Shown in pieces: positions 38,555-46,739 of a stretch of DNA of 64,000 bases; the stretch's first letter is position 1; the number at the start of each line of letters is the position of its first letter. Position numbers and translations under genes: made by a program. Origin of the DNA: an uncultured Gemmatimonadales bacterium. GTDB lineage: Bacteria; Gemmatimonadota; Gemmatimonadetes; Gemmatimonadales; GWC2-71-9. The DNA lies in the NCBI GenBank assembly GCA_963828735.1, contig CAWHFW010000005.1, positions 2,496,001 to 2,560,000 on the forward strand. The letters are read 5' to 3'. Below the pieces are notes generated by a model. The model was not told the origin of the DNA and ran no database searches. It worked only from the letters and a program-made list of their open reading frames with translations.

Positions 38555-40042
38555 TTATGGCCCCGTCTCCTGCGGCTCGGCTCCGGCCGTCGCCCCAACC
38601 TGCTCGGACTCGCCGTCCAGGAGATAGTCGAGCACCTCGGCCGCCGTGTAACACGTCCTCCCGCGGAGGAACCCGTCGATCGATACCAGATCGTCGCCGC
38701 TCGTCAGCAGGGGTGGTTCCACCCGTCCGTCCGCGCGCACCTGCGCGTGGCCGATGTTTGCCATGAGCCCGTTGCACAGACACCGGCGACCGACGGTCTC
38801 CTCCAGCCGGCCGCCCTTGTCGACATACGCTTGCACCGGCTCGGCCGAGCAGCGATAACCCAACCGCCCGTCCGGCCGCTGATACGGGGTGCGCAGGTAG
38901 CCGAGGTCGCAGACCCGCTCGCGCGGCGGAGACGCGTGCTGCGGGTCTCCCGGCCAGCGCACCACCTTGAAGGGATAGCCCGTGGGTGATGCCTCCGGAT
39001 CGGTATGAACCTCGACCGCACCTTGCGCAGCATGCAGCAGCACGGACCGCTTGTACTCAGCCGCAAGGCCGGACTCTTCGGCGAAGGCGAAGAGGGTGCC
39101 CACCTGGATGCCCGTGGCCCCGGCGTCGAGCGCCGCACGAAGAGCCGCCGGGGAGCCGGTGCCGCCGGCCAACCAGAACGGCAGCCCGAGATCGCGGACC
39201 GCCGCGAGCTCCACCACGTCACGTTCGCCGTAGATCGGCTCACCGCGTCCGTTGAGCCGCAACGCCCCCCGCGGTGGCGCGTTGTGGCCGCCCGCCGTGG
39301 GTCCCTCGATCACGAAGCCGTCGACCCGGCCGCTCGCCTTGCGCACGAGCATGGTGGCGAGGGAATTGCTCGCGATGATCGCAAGGAAGCGCGGGCGGGT
39401 CAGGAGCGCCGGCAGAGCGCCCTCCCAGTGGTCGCGCGGGTCGAGCCGGACGGTCGCGTCGAGGTCGGGCGACGCGCCGTCGATCTCGAGCCGTATGCTC
39501 GCCGGTTGGTGCGCAGCGAGCGCATCGAGCACGCCCGGGATCTCGCGCGGTATCCCGGCGCCCATGAGCACGTAATCCACTCCGGCGAGCATCGCGCCGT
39601 ACAGGATGGCGAGATTGGGAAGCTGTATCTTGGTGAGGAGGTTCACGCCGACCGGCCCGTCGTGGCCCTCCTTTGCCAGCCAGACCTCCACGAAGCTGGC
39701 CAGCATGGTCAGCTGCTCGCGAGCCCGACCGACGCCCTTGTGATACATGCTGAGCATGCGATAGGGCACGCCGGCTGGGCGCCCGCCCTCGCGGAAGTAC
39801 CGCCGGAGAGCAGCGGTCGCGATCCCAGGCAGGGGAAAGTGGTCCATCGCCCGCCGGAGGTCACCTTCCGGATCGCCGTCCTGCAGGCGCCGGACGAACA
39901 CCGAGTCGATCGCCGTTGCCGAGACGACGCCGAGCTGTCCGCGAGAGGAAACGGCACGGGCGAGTCGCCAGCCTGAAACGCCGATGCCCATGCCGCCCTG
40001 AATGATCGTCGGGAGCGGGGAGCCAGTGGTCGATTGCGACAC
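38555..40042 (-). CDS. Nitronate monooxygenase / 2-nitropropane dioxygenase family flavoprotein
   Basis: IIQGGMG, EGPTAGGHN, LAGG, GIQVGT. Confidence 0.9.
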   Translation of the reverse strand: MSQSTTGSPLPTIIQGGMGIGVSGWRLARAVSSRGQLGVVSATAIDSVFVRRLQDGDPEGDLRRAMDHFPLPGIATAALRRYFREGGRPAGVPYRMLSMYHKGVGRAREQLTMLASFVEVWLAKEGHDGPVGVNLLTKIQLPNLAILYGAMLAGVDYVLMGAGIPREIPGVLDALAAHQPASIRLEIDGASPDLDATVRLDPRDHWEGALPALLTRPRFLAIIASNSLATMLVRKASGRVDGFVIEGPTAGGHNAPPRGALRLNGRGEPIYGERDVVELAAVRDLGLPFWLAGGTGSPAALRAALDAGATGIQVGTLFAFAEESGLAAEYKRSVLLHAAQGAVEVHTDPEASPTGYPFKVVRWPGDPQHASPPRERVCDLGYLRTPYQRPDGRLGYRCSAEPVQAYVDKGGRLEETVGRRCLCNGLMANIGHAQVRADGRVEPPLLTSGDDLVSIDGFLRGRTCYTAAEVLDYLLDGESEQVGATAGAEPQETGP

Positions 40043-40181
40043 CTACGCCTCCGCCGGGCGGCAAGGAAAGGGGAGTTCGCGAGAGGGGTACGGACAGTCT
40101 AGTGGCGGTTCCGCAAGAACCGTCAAAGTTTCGATGAAATCTCCTTTACACCTGCCGGCTTGGAGCCGAACGAGCATCGAC

Positions 40182-42098
40182 GTGACCGGAAATGCCATCG
40201 GGGACTACGCCGCCATCGGCGATGGTGGATCGGCCGCTCTCGTCGGACGGGACGGCTCGATCGATTGGCTGTGCTGGCCGCGGTTCGACAGCCCGTCCAT
40301 CTTCGGTGCCCTCCTCGACCCGTCAGCCGGGCGATGGCGTATCGCGCCGGTCGCGCCTTTCCGGACTGAACGACACTACATCAAAGACACCAACGTGCTC
40401 CAGACGCGGTTCGATACCGGCGCGGGCATGCTCGTTCTCACCGACCTCATGCCCGTCGCCTCGGAGGAAGAGAAGGCGCGCTTCCTGGTGCCGGAACGGG
40501 AGATCCTCCGGCAGGTGGAGTGCGAGCGGGGCGAGGTGGAGATCGAATGGTCGTTCGAACCTCGTCCCGGGTACGGACTCCGGCCGGTCAGCATTCGCCA
40601 GGCCGGACAGCTGGGAATGCGCGTGCAGACCGATGCAGGCCTGCTCTCGTTGCGCACCGACCTGCCGCTCGATATTCGTGCGGACGGAAGAGCAGGGGGA
40701 CGCGCTCGTCTCTCGGCGGGAAACGCGGCCCATGCCTCATTGACGTTCGCGGCCGACGGGCCGGCGGTGCTGCCGCCGTTAGGCGAGTGGTCCCGGACCG
40801 CCCTCGCGCGCACGGTGGACTGGTGGCGGACGTGGACCTCGCGAGTCCGCTACGACGGCCCCTGCCGGGAGACCGTCGTTCGGAGCGCGCTCGCCCTCCG
40901 GCTGATGGTCTACGCCCCTTCGGGTGCGGTCGTCGCCGCACCGACCACCTCGCTCCCCGAGCGGATCGGCGGGTCGCTCAACTGGGATTATCGGTTCTGC
41001 TGGCTGCGCGATGCTTCCCTCACGGTTCGCGCGCTCGCCGGCCTCGGCTTCGGCGACGAGGCCCACGCCTTCGTGAACTGGCTGTTGCACGCCACCCGAT
41101 TGACTCAGCCCGAGCTGCGTGTGCTCTACGACGTGCACGGCAACAAGCCGCCCGGCGAGCGCACCCTGGATCGCCTGGCCGGTCACCGGGGATCGCGCCC
41201 GGTCCGGACCGGCAACCTGGCCGACGCGCAGCGGCAGCTCGATGTGTACGGCGAGGTGATCGATGCGGTGACCAACTTCGTACGGGAGGGAGGCACCCTC
41301 GACCGCGAGACCGAGGGAGTGCTGCGCGCCTGGGGCGAATACGTCTGTCGCCACTGGGACGAGCCGGACGAAGGCATCTGGGAGCCGCGGACCGGCCGGA
41401 CGAACCACACGCATTCGCGGGTGCTTTGCTGGGTGGCGCTCGACCGCCTGCTGCACCTTCACGCGCAGGATCACGTGCGCTGGGCACCCGCCGCCAAGTT
41501 TGAGGAGAACCGCGAAGCCATTCGCCGCCAAGTGGAAAGCCGGGCGTGGAATCCGGGGCTGGGGAGCTACGTCGCCGAGCTCGACGGCGACCGCGTGGAC
41601 GCTACGCTGCTGCTCCTGGCATGGTACGGATTCGAGCCCGCCGAGTCCGAGCGGATGCGGGGAACCTACCAGCGGATTCGAGAGCGGCTCGGCGGGGGGG
41701 ACGGGAACTCGCTGCTCTATCGCTATCGCAGCGAGCCATCGCTGCACTCGGAGGTTGTCGCCGGCGGGGAGGGGCAACCTGACTCGCCGGGCGAGGGTGC
41801 GTTCGGCATCTGCAGCTTCTGGGGTGCGGAGTACCTGGCACTGGGCGGGGGGACGGTGCAGGAGGCCCGCGAGCTGTTCGAGAGGCTCTGCGGCTACGCG
41901 AACGATGTGGGACTCTTCGCCGAGGAGATCGACCCCGCCACCGGTGCGGCGCTTGGCAACTTCCCCCAGGCGTTCACCCACGTGGGCCTGATCAATGCGG
42001 CCATATCGCTCGCCCGCCGGCTCGAGGGCGAGGCGCCGATCGAGCGGCACGTGCCACCGCGGCAGGAGGCGTCGGAGACGAACCAGGTGCGAGTATGA
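40182..42098 (+). CDS. Glycoside hydrolase family 15 (trehalase/glucoamylase-like)
   Basis: IGDYAAIGD, AAPTTSLPE, NWDYRFCWLRD, QLDVYGE, GNFPQAFTH; start could be 40134. Confidence 0.93.
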   Translation: MTGNAIGDYAAIGDGGSAALVGRDGSIDWLCWPRFDSPSIFGALLDPSAGRWRIAPVAPFRTERHYIKDTNVLQTRFDTGAGMLVLTDLMPVASEEEKARFLVPEREILRQVECERGEVEIEWSFEPRPGYGLRPVSIRQAGQLGMRVQTDAGLLSLRTDLPLDIRADGRAGGRARLSAGNAAHASLTFAADGPAVLPPLGEWSRTALARTVDWWRTWTSRVRYDGPCRETVVRSALALRLMVYAPSGAVVAAPTTSLPERIGGSLNWDYRFCWLRDASLTVRALAGLGFGDEAHAFVNWLLHATRLTQPELRVLYDVHGNKPPGERTLDRLAGHRGSRPVRTGNLADAQRQLDVYGEVIDAVTNFVREGGTLDRETEGVLRAWGEYVCRHWDEPDEGIWEPRTGRTNHTHSRVLCWVALDRLLHLHAQDHVRWAPAAKFEENREAIRRQVESRAWNPGLGSYVAELDGDRVDATLLLLAWYGFEPAESERMRGTYQRIRERLGGGDGNSLLYRYRSEPSLHSEVVAGGEGQPDSPGEGAFGICSFWGAEYLALGGGTVQEARELFERLCGYANDVGLFAEEIDPATGAALGNFPQAFTHVGLINAAISLARRLEGEAPIERHVPPRQEASETNQVRV

Positions 42099-42577
42099 AC
42101 TGGAGGGACTGGTTGCTGTGGAGCTTCGTGGCCACGCTGGCGCTCACCTCGGTGATGGCCGGGAGCCAGGGTCTCCGCCTCACGCGGATGAATCTCCCCT
42201 ACATGCTGGGCTCGATATTCACCCCCAACCGAGACCGGGCCAAGGTGATCGGCTTCTGCGTCCATATGTTGGACGGGTGGATCTTCTCGCTGGCTTATGT
42301 CGCCGCGTTCAACGCCTGGGGGCGCGCAACCTGGTGGGCGGGCGCGGCCATCGGACTGGTCCAGGCGGTCTTTGTGCTGACCGTGGTGATGAGCCTGTTA
42401 CCGAGCTTTCACCCGCGCATGGCCAGCGAGCAGAAAGGGCCTACCGTCACCCGTCAGCTCGAGCCACCCGGGTTCCTGGCACTCAACTATGGCTACCAGA
42501 CGCCGGTCTCCGTGCTGATCGCGCATCTGATCTATGGTGGCATTCTGGGAGCGTTCTACTCGGTGGCGGGGAGGTGA
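42095..42577 (+). CDS. Four-TM membrane protein coupled to the GH15 gene
   Basis: ATGA overlap; hydrophobic helices. Confidence 0.75.
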   Translation: MNWRDWLLWSFVATLALTSVMAGSQGLRLTRMNLPYMLGSIFTPNRDRAKVIGFCVHMLDGWIFSLAYVAAFNAWGRATWWAGAAIGLVQAVFVLTVVMSLLPSFHPRMASEQKGPTVTRQLEPPGFLALNYGYQTPVSVLIAHLIYGGILGAFYSVAGR

Positions 42578-42684
42578 AGCGCTTCAAGCGGGCGCGCCTG
42601 CTGACACGAGCTCTTACCAACCTGCCTTGGGGTAGAGCGACGGGCTAGGTGGACGGCGCCGGAGGTTCGGGGCAGCCACATCCC

Positions 42685-42762
42685 GGCAGCGGGTGGCGCG
42701 AACTCACTCAAATCGTTGTAGGCCGCTGGAGTTCTGGTGCCTACAGCGACCCCTATGGATCA
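42685..42762 (+). repeat. Degenerate leader + anticodon-loop fragment of the att-like repeat
   Basis: GGCAGCGGGTGGCGCGAACTC..CTGGAGTT..TACAGCGACCCCTATGGATCA; the match ends in the anticodon stem. Confidence 0.7.
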
Positions 42763-42852
42763 CCTCCTGTCCGGTTCGGATGCCGGAATGCGATTACTCC
42801 GCACAAGCCATCATCGCGTCGGAGTGACCTCAAACCGGCAGGAGGTGTGTCC

Positions 42853-43401
42853 ATGTTCAGCGAAACCCGTTTTCCCCTGCGCGCACTCGTAGCGGCTGTT
42901 CTGATCCTCGGAGCGGCCGGCTGCGAGTCCCAAGGCCCGACCGCAGCCAACACACCCGACCTCAAGGGCAAGGGAAACGGCAGCCCGCCCAGCAAGCTGC
43001 TGGCCGTCTCGCCCGACTATTCGTCGTTCCCCTCACCGCTGGTGCTGGAGGGTGGCTCCTTCAGCTATGACTTGGATATCGTGAACGGCCATCAGGAAAC
43101 GGACGAGGTCTGGGTCGAAGTGAGGGTAGAGCAGGGTGGCACCTTCACAGCCCCGGCGGTCTGGCGTCAGCTCGACAGCTTTCACGCGAGCTGCGGTCTG
43201 GGCGATGGCGTCGTCCCCCGCAACTCGACATGTCCGATGACGCGCACCGGCTCGGTCTCGAACTCGGCGCCCGGTTCCGGAACCCTCGTGCCAAGCAATG
43301 GCACGGACACCTGGATCGCAACCTACTGGTACCAGGGATTCGCCGCGCCAGTGCGGCTCGGCTTCACCTTCAGGGGGATCACACTCGTCGCGGCACAGTG
43401 A
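42853..43401 (+). CDS. Putative lipoprotein
   Basis: GGAGG RBS; signal peptide ending AAGC. Confidence 0.7.
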   Translation: MFSETRFPLRALVAAVLILGAAGCESQGPTAANTPDLKGKGNGSPPSKLLAVSPDYSSFPSPLVLEGGSFSYDLDIVNGHQETDEVWVEVRVEQGGTFTAPAVWRQLDSFHASCGLGDGVVPRNSTCPMTRTGSVSNSAPGSGTLVPSNGTDTWIATYWYQGFAAPVRLGFTFRGITLVAAQ

Positions 43402-43509
43402 CAGGCTCCGCGTGCTTCGCGCCGGGTCGCCGTCCGCTATAGATCCTGCATGGCCCGGTGCAGGAGCAGGCGCGCGTTCCGCCAGTGTCGGCGGATCGTG
43501 CGCCCCGGC

Positions 43510-43800
43510 GATCGGCGGCTCGAGCTCGCGATCGCCTTCAACGGGCTCGGCGTGCTGCACGCCGAGCGGGGCGATCACCGGAAAGCGGCGAGGTGGCTCG
43601 GGCGGTCGGCCACGCTCAAGTGGCGGGCAGCTGGTCCGGCGCACACCAGTCTCGCCGTGACGTTACACAACCTGGCATTGGTGCTCGACCGCTGCGGCGA
43701 GCCTAGCAGGGCGGCGGAGCTTCATAGGAGGGCACTGCGCATCTTCGAGCGCTTGCTGGGGCCCGAGCACGAACAGACCCGGCGATGCCGGCGCACTCGT
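43510..43800 (+). pseudogene. TPR-repeat (kinesin light chain-like) fragment
   Basis: ELAIAFNGLGVLH..., LAVTLHNLA..., ALRIFERLLGPEH; no convincing start. Confidence 0.55.
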
Positions 43801-43840
43801 CCGTTTCAAACTCCACCACACCATCCTCACGGAGGGACAT

Positions 43841-44026
43841 ATGACCGAGCACACCACTCCCGCCACCCTGCGCATGACCTTGACTCCTGCGCAGAAGGCC
43901 CAGGTCCGCGCACTGCTGAACCGCGACGCGGAAGAGATCGAGCTCACGATTGAGGAGCTGGAGGAGCGGATCGCGCCCAGGTTGGCAGCCAACCACAACG
44001 AGCCGATGTTGGACCGGCTGGCATAG
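43841..44026 (+). CDS. Small peptide, possible RiPP precursor
   Basis: GGAGGG RBS; IEELEERIAP followed by RLAANHNEPMLDRLA. Confidence 0.65.
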   Translation: MTEHTTPATLRMTLTPAQKAQVRALLNRDAEEIELTIEELEERIAPRLAANHNEPMLDRLA

Positions 44027-44168
44027 CGACTCCTCGAGGTGGCGAAGAGTGCTTCGCGGTCGGGCCTTGTCGTCTTCACCACCCCTGGGCGTACTGCTGT
44101 ATCTTGCCAGGTCGAATGACGACAGCGAGTCGATTTCCAGATCCTGACGATGAGCGTCTGCGCTCTAC

Positions 44169-45197
44169 GTGCCGGGCGACGTGAGGGCGATCGTCCTCGA
44201 CCGGCACGGCCGCCCCGACGTGCTGCGCGTTCGCACGGTTCCCGACCCGACGCCCGGTCCGGGGGAGGTCCGGGTGCGGGTCGAGGCGATCGGTGTGAAC
44301 TTCGCCGAGGTCCTCTCCCGCAAGGGGCGGTACGGCTGGGCGCCGCCGATTCCGTACACGCCCGGCATGGAGGCGACGGGAACCATCGAGCTGCTCGGCC
44401 CCGGCGTCGAGCAACGCGCGATCGGCGAGCGGGTCATTGTCGGCGCGCAGTACGGGGCATATGCGGAGAAAATGGTGGTACCGGCGCGGCAGGCGCTGCC
44501 CGCCATCGCCGACTATTCGATCGAGGAAAACGCCGCGATCGCGGTGAACTACCTGACGGCGTGGGTCGCGCTCATCGAGATGGCACGGCTCCGCCCAACC
44601 GACCGCGTCCTCGTCACCGCCGCTGCGGGGGGTGTCGGCACCGCGGCCATTCAGATCGCGACGCGCTTCGGCTGTGCCACGGTGGGGCTGGCCGGGAGCG
44701 ACGCGAAGCTCGAGGCGATCCGCGCGCTCGGTGCAGAGTCGGCCGTGAACTACCGCCGCGCCGACTTCGAGGAGCGACTTCGAGCGGCTGCCGGGCGCGA
44801 TCGTTTCGACGTGGTGCTGGAGACGGTTGGCGGTGAGGTCCTCCGCGCGGTTTGGCCGGTCCTCGCTCCGTTCGGCCGGGTGGTGGTCGCCGGGTTCGCG
44901 AGCCTCAACCTGCAGTGGTGGAACCCGCTCTCCTGGCTCCGCACCTGGCGCGATCTCCCCAGGGCCGACATCCGAACCCTCGCACCGGCATCGCACGGCC
45001 TCTTGGCGACGCACATCGGCTACCTGCTTGCCGACCCGCCGCGGCTCGCGCGGGTTTGGGACGCCCTGATGGCGTTCGTCGGGGCGCACGGAATCCGGCC
45101 GGTGGTGGGAGCGACCTTTGCCTTCGAAGACATGGGGGAGGCGCATCGACTCATGGAGTCGCGGCGGAGCGTGGGGAAGATCGTGGTACGGGTGTGA
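44169..45197 (+). CDS. Zinc-independent MDR (quinone oxidoreductase / VAT-1-like)
   Basis: GVNFAE, PGMEATG, AAAGGVG, SVGKIV. Confidence 0.88.
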   Translation: MPGDVRAIVLDRHGRPDVLRVRTVPDPTPGPGEVRVRVEAIGVNFAEVLSRKGRYGWAPPIPYTPGMEATGTIELLGPGVEQRAIGERVIVGAQYGAYAEKMVVPARQALPAIADYSIEENAAIAVNYLTAWVALIEMARLRPTDRVLVTAAAGGVGTAAIQIATRFGCATVGLAGSDAKLEAIRALGAESAVNYRRADFEERLRAAAGRDRFDVVLETVGGEVLRAVWPVLAPFGRVVVAGFASLNLQWWNPLSWLRTWRDLPRADIRTLAPASHGLLATHIGYLLADPPRLARVWDALMAFVGAHGIRPVVGATFAFEDMGEAHRLMESRRSVGKIVVRV

Positions 45198-45363
45198 GGC
45201 GCGTAGCGCTCCGTCAGGACTCGGCGTGGCAAACGGGCGCATTTGAGAAAGCAGGTCCGGGCTAGCCGGCGCTCTCGCGCCCGCCCATGCCCGGCTGGAA
45301 GCGCTCGAAGACCAACCGTCGGCGTCTAGGGATACCAGGCGACCGACGAGGGTTAGACAGGGG

Positions 45364-46368
45364 TCAGATCAACACGTCTTCCACGGGCCGCCGCGGAGTG
45401 TGGTGTCCCTCTTCCCTCGACGAAAACCCCACCCGGAACAGGTGCTGCGGTGTCCACGATAGCGAAGGGAGCAGTTCCCCTACTGCGGCCCTCAGCTCCG
45501 GATGCCGCATGGTCTGGCTCATCGGATGGATGCTCACCCCCATCGCAGTTGCCGTGAGCCATACCCGCTCGAAGAGCTGCCCGGCCCGCACATGAACTAC
45601 GTGGCTATCGCCTGTGGCGCTAATGAGACCCAGCAACGCGGCGCTCTCCACGATCGCGTGGTCCTGTCGAGCCACCGGCTCGGCCAGATTTACTCGGGAA
45701 ACCACAGCCCGTCCCAGCCGCGCCATCACCGGCGGCGTGCCGAACGCTCCTTGCCCGATCCAGTAGCTCAGCTCTTTCCGGAATGCCGGGTCGGCGAACT
45801 CTAGCCGGTCGGCCTCACGTGTGAGCGCGCTGATCCAGCGGCGGAAATGACGGTCGTCGGTCAGGTGGAGCTGCAGATCCGGCTCCACAGCGCACGCCAT
45901 CAGTCGCACTCGCAGCTGCTCCGGCACCGGCGCGGTGCGAAACACTCCATTGTCATTGTGGCGCCGAAGGAGCGCCGCCACTGTCGCACCCAAACGGGCC
46001 TCGGACGGCGCCCCGCCGGGCGCGAAGGTCACGGTTGCCACCAGCTCGGCATGTCCCTGCTCGGGAAAGTACGTGATCCCATGCCGGAAGCCGAAGTGCT
46101 CGGCTGCCACCAACAGGTTCTCCAGCGCACAGCCTAGGCTGACGTACAGCTCGCGCCGGTTGGGATCCGCGATCGACTGACCCCGCCTGAAGTCGGCGAT
46201 GAGATGGATCCGGTTCCCTTGAACCGAGAAGGCCCAGGGCTGGCTGTTTCTGGTCGAAGGGGCCAGGATGGCATAGCGGAGCAGGAAACGGAGCTGGGCC
46301 TCGATGGGCGAGCTTCCTGGGAAGTCGTGCTCGGACACTTCCCACATGTCTTTCCTCGGAGCGGACAT
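45364..46368 (-). CDS. Acg-type FMN-binding nitroreductase-family protein
   Basis: APST.NSQPW, SLGCALENL, AGQ.FERVWL, TPRRP; GGAGG RBS. Confidence 0.88.
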   Translation of the reverse strand: MSAPRKDMWEVSEHDFPGSSPIEAQLRFLLRYAILAPSTRNSQPWAFSVQGNRIHLIADFRRGQSIADPNRRELYVSLGCALENLLVAAEHFGFRHGITYFPEQGHAELVATVTFAPGGAPSEARLGATVAALLRRHNDNGVFRTAPVPEQLRVRLMACAVEPDLQLHLTDDRHFRRWISALTREADRLEFADPAFRKELSYWIGQGAFGTPPVMARLGRAVVSRVNLAEPVARQDHAIVESAALLGLISATGDSHVVHVRAGQLFERVWLTATAMGVSIHPMSQTMRHPELRAAVGELLPSLSWTPQHLFRVGFSSREEGHHTPRRPVEDVLI

Positions 46369-46492
46369 AAGGCACCTCCAAGCACCGTGCTTCAATCTTG
46401 GCTGGGCATGGTGATGCGGGGATGAAAACCGGGTGAAGCTGAGTTCAATCTTGTCAGGCTGCCGCGGGGCCGCAGGCAACTGGACTGGACGG

Positions 46493-46705
46493 TAGCCGAC
46501 ATCCGTTACGCCCTGTGGGCGCTGCGGCACAGTCCCTGGTTCGAGCGCGGTGGTCGTGACAACCCTGGCGCTAGGCCTTGGGGCCAACACCGCGATCTTC
46601 AGGGTCGTCCGGCGGTACTGACGTACGAGCTCGGGATGAAACGAATCGGCAGCGATCCCGCCATCGTGGGCAACCAATTGACGCTGGATAGGAAGCCGGT
46701 CATGG
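46493..46705 (+). pseudogene. Remnant of an ADOP/MacB-like ABC permease
   Basis: DIRYALWALRHSP, then TLALGLGANTAIF after a frameshift, then GSDPAIVG..LTLD after a large deletion. Confidence 0.6.
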
Positions 46706-46739
46706 GTGAGCGCGCCCGGCTCACTTCGGCCCCGAGCGC

